Source of the DNA: Patescibacteria group bacterium
GTDB lineage: Bacteria; Patescibacteriota; Minisyncoccia; UBA6257; 2-01-FULL-56-20
Direction: 5' to 3'
Length of the DNA stretch: 64,000 nt
Assembly (NCBI GenBank): GCA_018971305.1
Contig: JAGXBC010000003.1
Coordinates: 156,325 to 220,324, forward strand
The position numbers and the translations under genes were made by a program. The notes below the pieces were generated by a model. The model did not search any database. It was not told the DNA's origin and worked only from the letters and a program-made list of their open reading frames with translations. Positions 9,645 to 19,292 of this stretch are shown piece by piece (within the stretch, counting starts at the first letter, position 1; each line of letters begins with the position of its first letter).

Positions 9645-10946
9645 ATGAGGAAATATTTTTACCTGATAGCAATTTTTTCTTTAATAGCTCAATATTGGGC
9701 GATTAATTCTGTTTTAGCACAAGAGGCCATAGCCACCTCATCGATAACTTCTTCCAGTACCGTGGTAACTCGTGACGATTTAGCCGCTCAGATTCAGGAA
9801 AAAGCGAAGCAACTGGACGACATAGATAAACAATTGGCCGCTAGCAAGGCCAGCTTACAGGATGTGAAGAAACAGAGGGTAACTCTGCAAGGACAGCTTA
9901 ACAATCTGCAAAACAACATTAGCCATCTCAATCTTAGTATCCAATCCGATCAGATAAATGTGGAAAAATTGAACCTGGAGATAGAATCTTTGGGTTACAA
10001 TATAGGCGACATAGAATCTTCTATAACAGATAAAAAGAGTGCCATAGAAAAACTCCTCTTGGAGCTTCAGAAAAATGACCGATTGAACTCAGATTTTTTT
10101 GTTTTATTTCTGAGAAGCGACAGCTTGGCCGATTCGGTAATGGAGGCACAAAATTTAAGCAATCTACAAAATCAATTAACCAACGACATAACGAATCTCG
10201 GTAATCTGCACGACGAATACAATAACACCATAGCGGAAGCGAAAACCAAGAAAGACAGCATAGCTTTTCATCAGCAAAGCGAACAAAATAAAAGGCTTAT
10301 TATCCAAGACCAAAAAAATGAACAGCAAATCCTTTTAGTCCAAACTAAAAACAAAGAAAGCGTTTACCAGCAACAAGTCAGCGATTTGGAAAAATTGCAA
10401 CAACAGGTAGCCGACGAGGTTGAAACTCTGGATGCAGTTCTGCGGACCAAAATAGATCCTTCCACTCTGCCGCCTCTAGGCCAAGGAGTTTTGGAAATAC
10501 CTGTTTATAATGACACCCTTTCTAACATCACCCAGGGATATGGGAGCACTGCTTTTGCGGAGACCGGATATAAAAGTCATTGGCACAACGGTGTTGATTT
10601 CGCGGCTTCCATCGGTACGCCAATTCTTGCGGCCGAAGACGGACAAATTTTAGCTACCGGAAATCAAGATGCTTATTGCCCTCACGGTGCTTACGGAAAA
10701 TTTATTGCTATTAAAAATACGGACAACCTCGTTACACTTTACGCGCACCTTTCACGCCAGATAGTGAGCAAGGGCGATGCCGTAAAGAGGGGACAGGTAA
10801 TAGGTTATTCGGGAAACACTGGTTATGTAACAGGTCCGCACTTACACTTCGGCGTTTATGCCGCTCCGACTTTTTACATGGGCCCAAGTAAAGTTTGTGG
10901 ACCGATGCCTTTCGGCGGTGACCTTAACCCTATTGGTTACTTGTAA
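9645..10946 (+). CDS. Coiled-coil M23 metallopeptidase (EnvC/CwlO-like architecture), secreted
   Basis: Signal peptide, long heptad region, HNGVD and HLHF zinc motifs, YAHL. Confidence 0.9.
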   Translation: MRKYFYLIAIFSLIAQYWAINSVLAQEAIATSSITSSSTVVTRDDLAAQIQEKAKQLDDIDKQLAASKASLQDVKKQRVTLQGQLNNLQNNISHLNLSIQSDQINVEKLNLEIESLGYNIGDIESSITDKKSAIEKLLLELQKNDRLNSDFFVLFLRSDSLADSVMEAQNLSNLQNQLTNDITNLGNLHDEYNNTIAEAKTKKDSIAFHQQSEQNKRLIIQDQKNEQQILLVQTKNKESVYQQQVSDLEKLQQQVADEVETLDAVLRTKIDPSTLPPLGQGVLEIPVYNDTLSNITQGYGSTAFAETGYKSHWHNGVDFAASIGTPILAAEDGQILATGNQDAYCPHGAYGKFIAIKNTDNLVTLYAHLSRQIVSKGDAVKRGQVIGYSGNTGYVTGPHLHFGVYAAPTFYMGPSKVCGPMPFGGDLNPIGYL

Positions 10947-10974
10947 AAAACATAAAATATGGTATAATAATTTA

Positions 10975-11358
10975 ATGAATAAAATAACAATCGGTGTTTT
11001 TGTTTTCACTATATGTCTTTTAATCGCTGCCGGACCGTCCGTATTGGAGCGCGTATATGCCCAAACCAATATAACTTTCCCGGACATGAACCAAATAAGC
11101 GATAAATTGCCTCAACCGCTTCAGGATTTCATAAACAGTGCCAAACAGATTACTACAAGCGTATATGATAAGGGCTCTAGTTTAAGCCTTAATTCGGTCA
11201 GCTCAAGCGACTGGCCCCAATCTTTGAATAATTGGTTTACCAATACAACCGGCGGTGTGAGCCTCGTTAGCATCCTAAAAACAGTAGGGAATCTTTTCAT
11301 TTGGGTTCTGGACTCCGTATCAGGACTAATCAAATGGGGCTTGTCGTTTATCCAATAG
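10975..11358 (+). CDS. Hypothetical secreted/membrane protein
   Basis: Start MNKITIG 6 nt after TGGTATAAT; signal-like N-terminus, amphipathic C-terminus. Confidence 0.75.
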   Translation: MNKITIGVFVFTICLLIAAGPSVLERVYAQTNITFPDMNQISDKLPQPLQDFINSAKQITTSVYDKGSSLSLNSVSSSDWPQSLNNWFTNTTGGVSLVSILKTVGNLFIWVLDSVSGLIKWGLSFIQ

Positions 11359-11539
11359 ACCCCAGCATTAAGGCAGCGATAATAAATCAGGCCTTTTTGA
11401 TATTACTATATGTCACAAAAGGTATATTGTGCGACAGGAGAGATATTGGAAAACAGGGGTGTTTAAATGCTCCCCCCGTAATAAATGGTCTCCAACTTCT
11501 AATATATGTGGGGTGAATAAGGAAGAATTATTTTTGAAT

Positions 11540-11574
11540 AAAAATTCCGCCAAATTTCTGGCGGATAGTTTTTT
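11540..11574. terminator. Bidirectional intrinsic terminator
   Basis: TCCGCCA-6nt-TGGCGGA with an A-run on the left and a T-run on the right. Confidence 0.75.
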
Positions 11575-11600
11575 GAATACAAGAAACCAATTTAAGAGAT

Positions 11601-12035
11601 TTAGCTGCCGACCCCCTCCACTCCTTCACTATTCGGCACCGGCAATTCATGATCAGGACATTTGGTTGTAGCCGTACCTATATGAGTTCCAAGATGTAAA
11701 ACATATAAGACAAGAGCCATTCTGCAGACTCCGTTCGGACTTATATGCATGCTCTCTTCCCTGATAAGCGGACCGAATGCCTCAATCGCCTCTTCTTTTA
11801 GTTTGTCCTGAACCAACATTTCAACATGCCTCTCGTCAAGAAGTGGATTCTTATGCTTAAAAAATTTCCTCAAGGCATCTTCGTATAACAAGTTCTTAAT
11901 AAGGTGTTTGCATGCTGGCTCATATTGGCCGGTTTCCTTATTTATGCAGAGACATCCGCGCACCCTACCTGCTTCCGCTTCGGCGCTTACCACAACTTCC
12001 GTACCGCTAGGGTCAATTTCTCTACGAAGTTGCAT
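11601..12035 (-). CDS. Orphan protein (standalone SD-led unit)
   Basis: TTGATT(12104)-17-TAAAGT, AGGAG 9 nt before ATG, terminator at 11540-11574. Confidence 0.7.
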   Translation of the reverse strand: MQLRREIDPSGTEVVVSAEAEAGRVRGCLCINKETGQYEPACKHLIKNLLYEDALRKFFKHKNPLLDERHVEMLVQDKLKEEAIEAFGPLIREESMHISPNGVCRMALVLYVLHLGTHIGTATTKCPDHELPVPNSEGVEGVGS

Positions 12036-12131
12036 GTTTTATTTCTCCTGTGTACACGTTAAACAACTAAGGTGTACTTTAATCGATCGTTCAGAAAAAA
12101 TCAACCCCAACTTGCCCATGAGGCACTTAAT

Positions 12132-12163
12132 AAAATAAAAACTGCGGGAAACTAATTCCCGCA
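12132..12163 (-). terminator. Intrinsic terminator
   Basis: TGCGGGAA-5nt-TTCCCGCA followed by a T-rich run on the minus strand. Confidence 0.8.
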
Positions 12164-12171
12164 ATAAGGAC

Positions 12172-12441
12172 TTATATTCGCACACTGGATTGTGAGAAAA
12201 ATTTTGTTACGATCTCTTGGGGCTTGAACACATTCGGCTCTTCAATTGTATAACCCGCCTCCAGCGTTTCGGAGCCATCCAAAATAGACCCGCCGCTATT
12301 GATAAAATCGGCACGCTTCTCAATGGCAATTTTTATAGCCTCAACCAGGCCGCCTTTGACTTCTTTAAAGATAAATTCTTTATAGTTGGCCATGCTATCG
12401 TGGCTATCCCCTGTTTCAAACGTATATCTATAAGCCGGCAT
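12172..12441 (-). CDS. Orphan protein (standalone SD-led unit)
   Basis: GGGGG SD-like run before ATG at 12441 (MPAYRYTF); own terminator; leader has AACATTACG twice. Confidence 0.7.
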   Translation of the reverse strand: MPAYRYTFETGDSHDSMANYKEFIFKEVKGGLVEAIKIAIEKRADFINSGGSILDGSETLEAGYTIEEPNVFKPQEIVTKFFSQSSVRI

Positions 12442-12501
12442 TTTTAACCCCCGTAATGTTCGTAATGTTAATGATCGCAAAACTATTTTATAATCTAAAT
12501 C

Positions 12502-13887
12502 ATGGATGTATCGGCGTCAATCCCATTCCAGTACAAAGATAAAAAATCCGTCTATTTTATAGGCATTGGCGGCATTGGTATGAGCGCTTTGGCTCGCTGG
12601 TTTAAGGCTCAAAATTGGGCTGTTTACGGGTCGGATTTAGTGAAAAGCGCCATTACTCAAGAACTTGTCAAAGAGGGCTTAAAAGTCAAAATAGGGCATA
12701 AAAATAGCCATATTAACTCCAGAATAGGTCTTATTATATATAACCGGGCTATTAAGACCGATAATCCGGAGCTTGCGGCTGCCAGACGGCTTAAAATACC
12801 GACGCTTCCCTACTCCAAAGTTATCGGAAAGTTAACCGATTTTTACACAACGGTTGCTATCACCGGCTCACATGGAAAGAGCACATCCACCGCACTCGCC
12901 GGTCTCATTCTCATCGCGGGCGGGTTAGACCCCACAGTTTTCGTGGGAACAATATTAAAAGAATTCGGCCGCCGCCACGGCGGGGCAAGCGGGAAAAATA
13001 TTCGCATCGGGAAAAGCAAATATTTGGTATTGGAGGCCGACGACTTTGGGGCGGCATTTTTGGATTACTCCCCTGCTATCTCTGTTGTCACGAATATTGA
13101 CCGGGAACATTTGGATACCTATAAAACCCTCGGCAACGCGAAAAAAGCATTTTTAAAATTTATCGCGCGCACAAAAAATAACGGGGCCTTAATTTTAAAC
13201 AACGACGATAAAAATCTCCACTCGCTTCACCGAGATATCGCTAAAATAGCGAAAAGAAAAAAACTCAGGGTTATCTGGCACGCTCTCCGCGGCAAGACGG
13301 CAAAAAAAGTCCGCCGAGTTATAAAAATCCCCGGTGAGCATAATGTTTCAAACGCCGTCGCGGCTTACAAGGTTGGCAGAGTTCTTGGGATTCCGCACGG
13401 CAAAATCTTGAAAGCTATTTCCCGCTATAACGGCGCTTGGCGGCGAATGGAATATAAAGGTAAATTTGACGGCGCGCTTGTTTACGACGATTATGCTCAC
13501 CACCCAACGGAGATTAGGGCGTCGCTTAAAGGCTTTAGAGAACAATATCCGAAGAAAAAAATTGTTTGCGTCTATCAGCCGCATCAGGGCAGACGGCTCA
13601 AGGCGCTTTTTAAAGAATTTCAGTCGGCCTTTGACGATGCCGATGAAACGCTTATTCTCCCCGTCTACGAAGTTGCCGGCCGCGATCTCAGAAAGAACGC
13701 CTACGATTCGGAAAAACTTGCCAGAACAATTCAGTCCCAACAGCCGAAAAAGAAACTATTCTACCTCAAGGAACCGAAAAACCTCGTGAACGCCCTGAAA
13801 ACGCTGGGGAATAATTCTTCCAAGGTGATAATAATGATGGGTGCCGGCGATATCGTGAATTATACGAAGAACTTGATTGAAAAATAG
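12502..13887 (+). CDS. murC: UDP-N-acetylmuramate--L-alanine ligase
   Basis: IGIGGIGMS, GSHGKST, VTNID.EHLD, GEHN..NA, DDYAHHPTE, MGAGD. Confidence 0.96.
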   Translation: MDVSASIPFQYKDKKSVYFIGIGGIGMSALARWFKAQNWAVYGSDLVKSAITQELVKEGLKVKIGHKNSHINSRIGLIIYNRAIKTDNPELAAARRLKIPTLPYSKVIGKLTDFYTTVAITGSHGKSTSTALAGLILIAGGLDPTVFVGTILKEFGRRHGGASGKNIRIGKSKYLVLEADDFGAAFLDYSPAISVVTNIDREHLDTYKTLGNAKKAFLKFIARTKNNGALILNNDDKNLHSLHRDIAKIAKRKKLRVIWHALRGKTAKKVRRVIKIPGEHNVSNAVAAYKVGRVLGIPHGKILKAISRYNGAWRRMEYKGKFDGALVYDDYAHHPTEIRASLKGFREQYPKKKIVCVYQPHQGRRLKALFKEFQSAFDDADETLILPVYEVAGRDLRKNAYDSEKLARTIQSQQPKKKLFYLKEPKNLVNALKTLGNNSSKVIIMMGAGDIVNYTKNLIEK

Positions 13888-13940
13888 TTAAGAAGTAATA
13901 TTGGGAATAGCGATATTCTAAAAATGTTTGGAGGTTCGGA

Positions 13941-14378
13941 ATGAAGAACAGACAGTACGTAGTTATCTATTCCGAAAGCGAGGATTTTTCCGAGAGGTGG
14001 GGCAGAAAACTATCGGAGCTCGGCTTCAGACCTGCGGTTTTTCAAGCTTCTCAATCTACGACGCAGGTGCCCTACAGATCGGCAACGGAGAATGATGTAG
14101 CACTGGTATTTTACTGGAACTCTGATGCCCGGTTTCTTGATTTCATTTATTGCCCTATAGTCCTCGTTGTGCCTTCGCCAATCGGAAATTTTAAAGGATT
14201 AAGAATTCTCGGGGCTCTCTCCGAGGAATGCACCGATCAGGAACTACGCGACGCAGTCAAGGCCGCGATGAAACTAAATAAAAATCCTCAATCGAAAAAA
14301 CAGAAACGACAATTATCAAAGCACGACAGGCCGAACGAATTATTTCGCACACTTGCCGAAATTCACAGGAGAGCGTAA
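13941..14378 (+). CDS. Orphan protein, possible degenerate receiver (CheY-like) domain
   Basis: TTGATT(13873)-17-TAATAT, GGAGG SD, terminator at 14387; alternating beta/alpha pattern. Confidence 0.65.
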   Translation: MKNRQYVVIYSESEDFSERWGRKLSELGFRPAVFQASQSTTQVPYRSATENDVALVFYWNSDARFLDFIYCPIVLVVPSPIGNFKGLRILGALSEECTDQELRDAVKAAMKLNKNPQSKKQKRQLSKHDRPNELFRTLAEIHRRA

Positions 14379-14386
14379 GGGTTTAC

Positions 14387-14411
14387 GAGCTGCCACTTGG
14401 CGGCTCTTTTT
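14387..14411 (+). terminator. Intrinsic terminator
   Basis: GAGCTGCC-ACTT-GGCGGCTC-TTTTT. Confidence 0.85.
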
Positions 14412-14443
14412 ATGTGCGTTATCCTAAACCCACCAATTTAATA

Positions 14444-15058
14444 ATGGATAAACTAAAATTTTACTTCTTCGCGTTTTTTGTGATTATTGTTCTCGGCTGG
14501 TGGTTTTTGAATTTTGCCGAAGGATTTCTGGGAAATTATTATTCCGGTCCGGTAGAACACGCCCTGAATACGGTTGACCTTGCCTCGCTTACAACGGCCC
14601 AGCTCAAAAGCTATATCACCCAGGGCTACGGTACAACGCTTTTTTCTTCTCTCTCGGCCGGCTACATCCAGCCCTGGCACAATGGCGTTGATATCATAGC
14701 CAACTATGGCGCGGCAATCCTCTCTCCCGACTCTGGGATGGTTTTTATGACAGGCAATCAGGATAATTACTGCAACGGCAAGGGTTACGGAAAATTTGTC
14801 GTGGTAAACGACGCGAGCGACGGCCACGCCCTGCTCTACGCCCATTTAAGCAGAATAAGCGTGGCGGTGGGCGAAAAAATAAAAACCAGAGACACCATTG
14901 GCCTTGTCGGCAAAACAGGATTCGCCACCGGAACGCATTTGCACTTTACGGTTTTTGAACCGGGCTCGGTTTACATCGGCAGCAATAACGGCTGCGGCCC
15001 CGATCCGAAAGGAAAAGATATGAATCCCCTCACCTACCTTGATTCAATAAAAAAATAG
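14444..15058 (+). CDS. M23 family metallopeptidase, membrane-anchored
   Basis: N-terminal TM segment, WHNGVD, YAHL, HLHF. Confidence 0.9.
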   Translation: MDKLKFYFFAFFVIIVLGWWFLNFAEGFLGNYYSGPVEHALNTVDLASLTTAQLKSYITQGYGTTLFSSLSAGYIQPWHNGVDIIANYGAAILSPDSGMVFMTGNQDNYCNGKGYGKFVVVNDASDGHALLYAHLSRISVAVGEKIKTRDTIGLVGKTGFATGTHLHFTVFEPGSVYIGSNNGCGPDPKGKDMNPLTYLDSIKK

Positions 15059-15110
15059 CACCCGCGCCGTTGAATTTTCCAAAAATTTCTGCGATACTTA
15101 ACGAACCAAC

Positions 15111-15875
15111 ATGTTTGATTACTACAAAACTCCGGAGGATTTCAAAGAAGCGAGCGGTTATACGATAGACGGTGTCTGGTATCCGCGCGTCACGAAAATC
15201 GTTTCCATCAAGGCCAAACCGGCCCTTTTATATTTCTATGCCGAAGCTCCCAGCCTTAAGGCGGCGCAAGCGATAACGCAAAAATCGGCCGAGGAAGGCA
15301 CGCTCATCCACGAAACGGTTGAGGGGTTACTGCTCGGGAAAAATCCGGAGATTCCCCCGTCCGTCGCTCCGGCCATCAAAGCATTTAGAGAATTTTGGGA
15401 CAAGAACAATATCCAGGTGACTCCCGAGCTTGTTGAGCGGCGTGTTATAAGCTACGACAACCGCTACGCGGGAACCGTGGACGCGCTTGCGCTTATCGGC
15501 GGAAAGTTTGGAGTCTTGGACATCAAAACATCGCAATCCATTTACCGCGACTATAATTTGCAGACCTCTGCCTATATGGACGCCCTCAAAGACCAGTTCC
15601 AGAACTTGCAGACGCGCTGGATTTTAAAAATTGACCAGACACAGACCTGCAATCTCTGCGGAGCCATCCGTCGCGTCAAGGGCGGGAGAGAAAAAATCCG
15701 TGCGGGCGCGAATCGCGGCATTTCCCGCCACGAACACGAATGGAGCGAACTCCACGGCGATATAGAACTAAAGGAATTCCCCTACTGGCAAGACGACTTC
15801 CAGGCATTTTTGGGAGCGAAAAAATTATGGGAGTGGGAAAACGATTATTGGTTGAAGAGGGTGGGGTATTTATAA
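15111..15875 (+). CDS. PD-(D/E)XK exonuclease-like protein with CxxC...HxH insertion
   Basis: YPRVT.I, GT.IHE, YAGTVD, LDIKTS, QTSAY; CNLC and HEH near the C-terminus. Confidence 0.85.
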   Translation: MFDYYKTPEDFKEASGYTIDGVWYPRVTKIVSIKAKPALLYFYAEAPSLKAAQAITQKSAEEGTLIHETVEGLLLGKNPEIPPSVAPAIKAFREFWDKNNIQVTPELVERRVISYDNRYAGTVDALALIGGKFGVLDIKTSQSIYRDYNLQTSAYMDALKDQFQNLQTRWILKIDQTQTCNLCGAIRRVKGGREKIRAGANRGISRHEHEWSELHGDIELKEFPYWQDDFQAFLGAKKLWEWENDYWLKRVGYL

Positions 15876-15892
15876 AAAATAAAATAGTAAAA

Positions 15893-16625
15893 ATGGACCA
15901 ACAGAGCCCAAGCAAAAAAGAAATAGCAAAAGCCTTTTTTGATTATAGAAAAGGCGTGTCTAATATGCGAAATCAAATGAATAAGGCTTATAGTGGGTAT
16001 ATCACCGACAACATATTACAAAGACGAGATCTATTTAAATATATAAGCACTGTGTCCTTAGCAATTCTAGGTCTGTCGCCTTTTATAATAGAAAAATCTC
16101 AGCACTTAAACTATACAATTATCGCGCTTCTACTACACATAATAATAATTTTTTTAATTATTTTATACCTGAGAGAGCTTCTAGATCTTGAGGGGAACGA
16201 ATTAAAAAAAACAGCAAGATAGATATAACGAATATTCTGACGAAGCAATAAAAATTGCTGATTCATATATAGAAAAAGATCTATATACCAAAGAAATCTA
16301 TGTTAGATTTTGGCAAGAGATCAATGGTTCTGATGGTGCAAAAAAACTTAAGCAAGAAAATGAAGACCTTAGAGCAACTAGGGACCAGCGCGGCAACAAC
16401 CTAGACTACTTTGGAGAATTTATAGCATTCCTCCTAATTACAGCGACCCTTTTTATGATTATGGGTGCAATAGGAACAATGTTGCCCATATATCAAATAA
16501 CTATACTCGTCCTAATAATTCTTATTCTTAGTTTCTCTGATATCGCTCTTAAGATATCAAAATATGTATCTATTATTTCTACACATTTAAAAAATATCGC
16601 AAAATCGAGGTCCAAAAATTTGTAA
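15893..16625 (+). pseudogene. AT-rich multi-TM membrane protein split by a frameshift at an A8 tract
   Basis: Frame 1 stops at 16222. Removing one A from 16204-16211 gives a continuous 243-aa ORF to TAA at 16625 with about four TM segments. Confidence 0.75.
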
Positions 16626-16651
16626 CCCCATCCTAACACGCAGCCACTCCA

Positions 16652-17236
16652 ATGAAAAAAATTGCGTATATAATTCCCGGGTACGGTGAATCCCATCTAA
16701 GACAGCGCGGCTATAACAAGATAGCAAAGTTTTTTGAGATGCGTGGTATTATACCCATCCAAGTAGATATAAATTGGAGAGTCAAGAAATTTGGAAAAAT
16801 GTTGACCGATTACACCAAGCAATTCTTGAAAGCGTATAAGAAACAAGAGGGGGTTGATGTATATATTCTTGGGTTTTCCCTCGGAGCAACAACTGCTTTT
16901 TTAACAGCGGCACGAACCAAGCCCCGGGCGCTTATTCTTTGCTCTCTTCCTCCACGCTTCAAGGAAGACTCAAAAAACGTGAAACCCGCCTGGATTCAAT
17001 GGAGGAGAAAGAATTTTAGCGACAGGGATTATTCTTTCGCAAAGATTGCTCCGAAAATCAAATCGAAAATTTACCTTTTGGTTGGAGAAAACGAGGATAG
17101 GTCTTATCTGATAAGGGCTAAGGATGCAAAGAAAAAATTAAAGAACGCCAATTTAACTATTGTTAAGAAAGCCAGGCATAATATTAGTCAAAAAGAATAT
17201 CTGGCCGCTGTTAATAAGGTAATTTCCAAAATCTGA
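16652..17236 (+). CDS. Alpha/beta hydrolase
   Basis: IIPGYG oxyanion loop, GFSLG nucleophile elbow, GENED, ARH. Confidence 0.8.
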   Translation: MKKIAYIIPGYGESHLRQRGYNKIAKFFEMRGIIPIQVDINWRVKKFGKMLTDYTKQFLKAYKKQEGVDVYILGFSLGATTAFLTAARTKPRALILCSLPPRFKEDSKNVKPAWIQWRRKNFSDRDYSFAKIAPKIKSKIYLLVGENEDRSYLIRAKDAKKKLKNANLTIVKKARHNISQKEYLAAVNKVISKI

Positions 17237-17253
17237 GTCCAGGGAGTCCAAAT

Positions 17254-17850
17254 ATGAAAACCGAAATTGAAGCAAAATTTTTAGATATCAATCCAGCTGC
17301 TATTCGTGGCGAACTTCAAAAACTTGGGGCTTCTTTGATCCGTCCGGAGAGCGCAACAAGGCAGAAAGTTTTTGATTATCCTGATTTTAGGCTTGATAAA
17401 GATATTTCTTGGCTAAGACTGCGCGATGAGAGTGGAATCGTCACATTAACTCTTAAGAAATGGGAAAAGGAAGGAGTTCACGGCATGAAAGAGATAGAAG
17501 TCGAGGTAACGTCATTCGAAGAAACCGAGCGATTATTGCTGGCAATCGGATTGCTCGTGAAATCCAGTCAAACCAAAAAAAGAGAGCTTTGGAAATTTGG
17601 AAATACCGAATTTATGATCGATACGTGGCCGTGGATACCAACGTTTCTGGAGATAGAGGGAGAATCAGAAGATGATGTTCGGGCGGCAGCAACTCGCCTC
17701 AACTTGAACTGGCAGACCGCCCTGTTCGGCGGAGTGGCAATAGCCTATAAACAATATTTCAATATTAAATATGAAGAGATTGACCGTTGTCCCGAAATAG
17801 AATTTTCACCCATCCCCGAATGGCTCGAGAAGAAAAGGATTTCCAAATAA
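17254..17850 (+). CDS. CYTH domain protein (class IV adenylate cyclase/triphosphate tunnel family)
   Basis: EIEAKF, WLRLR, LTLK, K.RE.W, FLEIEG. Confidence 0.9.
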   Translation: MKTEIEAKFLDINPAAIRGELQKLGASLIRPESATRQKVFDYPDFRLDKDISWLRLRDESGIVTLTLKKWEKEGVHGMKEIEVEVTSFEETERLLLAIGLLVKSSQTKKRELWKFGNTEFMIDTWPWIPTFLEIEGESEDDVRAAATRLNLNWQTALFGGVAIAYKQYFNIKYEEIDRCPEIEFSPIPEWLEKKRISK

Positions 17851-17852
17851 TA

Positions 17853-18320
17853 ATGAACGAATTAGATACAAAATTTATAAATATAGCTCTAGAAGAGGCC
17901 AAGAAAGCATCCTGGCCGTTTGGCGCTGTTGTTGTTCGCAATGGCGAGATAATCGCGCAAGCTGGTTCCGGAGACGGGAAAGATATGGAAATTGACCCTA
18001 CCGCTCACGCAGAAGTAAATGCTATTCGTAGAGCGTGTGCCAAATTAAACACCGGCGACTTGACTGGCGCAACGCTGTACGCCTCATGCGAACCGTGCAC
18101 GCTCTGCTTCGGGGCGGCGTGGTACGCAAACATCAAAGAAATAGTTTATGGAACTAGCATTGATGACATAAAAGAAATTAGCAAGCCATGGGACGGCGAT
18201 CTCGCTTTCCCTCATGACCATATCGCCGAAACAGGAATTCATATGCGAGGAGGAATATTAAAAGACGAAATTATGAAAATGTACGCCGAACATCCGAGAG
18301 TTATTAACAACCGAACATAG
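17853..18320 (+). CDS. Zinc-dependent nucleoside/nucleobase deaminase (guanine deaminase-like)
   Basis: PFGAVVV, DPTAHAE, CEPCTLC. Confidence 0.9.
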   Translation: MNELDTKFINIALEEAKKASWPFGAVVVRNGEIIAQAGSGDGKDMEIDPTAHAEVNAIRRACAKLNTGDLTGATLYASCEPCTLCFGAAWYANIKEIVYGTSIDDIKEISKPWDGDLAFPHDHIAETGIHMRGGILKDEIMKMYAEHPRVINNRT

Positions 18321-18370
18321 CCCACAACTACCGGCCAACATTTTCCAAATTAATCTGCTAATATTTAATT

Positions 18371-18760
18371 ATGAGTTACTATCGTGGAAACTATTATAAG
18401 GACCGAGAACAGGACCTGCCTAAATATAAAGGGTGGCTTGTCGGCCAATTCGTTAAAGAAAATGTAAGTGCAGTGAGAGGAACTAAAGATGTGGCAATAA
18501 AATTCTGGCAATTTAAGAAGGGTCAACCGACAAATCATGAATCTAAATACCAAACAATAGTAACAGAATGTACTTTTATGCTAAAAGGAGCGCTGAAGGC
18601 AAAAATAGAATCAGAAGAATTTATCTTCGCGGCCGGAGAATACGTGGTTATACAACCAAATACCACCAGTAACTTAGCCATTGAAGCGTTGGAGGATTCC
18701 GAAGGTATAACGATCAAGGCACCGAGCACTTCTCCGGATGATACGGTTAAACTTCCATAA
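18371..18760 (+). CDS. Cupin-fold protein
   Basis: KGWLVGQF, H...E motif, AGEYVVIQP, ITIKAPS. Confidence 0.75.
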   Translation: MSYYRGNYYKDREQDLPKYKGWLVGQFVKENVSAVRGTKDVAIKFWQFKKGQPTNHESKYQTIVTECTFMLKGALKAKIESEEFIFAAGEYVVIQPNTTSNLAIEALEDSEGITIKAPSTSPDDTVKLP

Positions 18761-18821
18761 ATAGGAGTTTGAACTTTGTGCACGAAGACTGAATAATTTA
18801 AGATAGAATCGATTAATAAAT

Positions 18822-18860
18822 AAAAATCCCCAAACGACGATTGTTGCCGTAAGGGATTTG
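18822..18860. terminator. Hairpin terminator between convergent genes
   Basis: AAATCCC...GGGATTT imperfect stem with an A-run on the left. Confidence 0.55.
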
Positions 18861-18892
18861 TGGAAATTGTGCCAAAGAAGCGGTTATTTCGC

Positions 18893-19249
18893 TTAGAAAC
18901 TTGCGACAGCCGCCGCCTCGTCGTCATAGGTATCGAGAACAGAGAATAATTTAGTAATTTGCAGAAGGTCGTGGATATTTTTTCGGGCATGTATCAGCTT
19001 CAATCTGCCGCCTTTATTGATAAACATTCTCTGGGCGTTGACCAAATATCCAACTCCGGTGCTGTCTATATAATTCACGTCAGCCAAGTTGACGACAAGG
19101 TTTTTTATACCCTTCCTCAAGAGATTCTTAAATGTCTGATCGAACATCCAAGCACTATTCTCCGCAATGTTTTTCCCCATAGAAATAGTTCCTGAACAAT
19201 CCAGAATAGTTATTGAATCCATCTTACGAATATTTGTGCGGAAATCCAT
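18893..19249 (-). CDS. STAS domain anti-sigma factor antagonist (SpoIIAA/RsbV family)
   Basis: LVVNLADVNYIDSTGVG.LV, GG.LKL, DLLQITKL; SD AGGAGGGGAGG. Confidence 0.92.
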   Translation of the reverse strand: MDFRTNIRKMDSITILDCSGTISMGKNIAENSAWMFDQTFKNLLRKGIKNLVVNLADVNYIDSTGVGYLVNAQRMFINKGGRLKLIHARKNIHDLLQITKLFSVLDTYDDEAAAVASF

Positions 19250-19292
19250 TATACCCTCCCCTCCTCTTAAAATTTCTACCAATACTGTCCAG

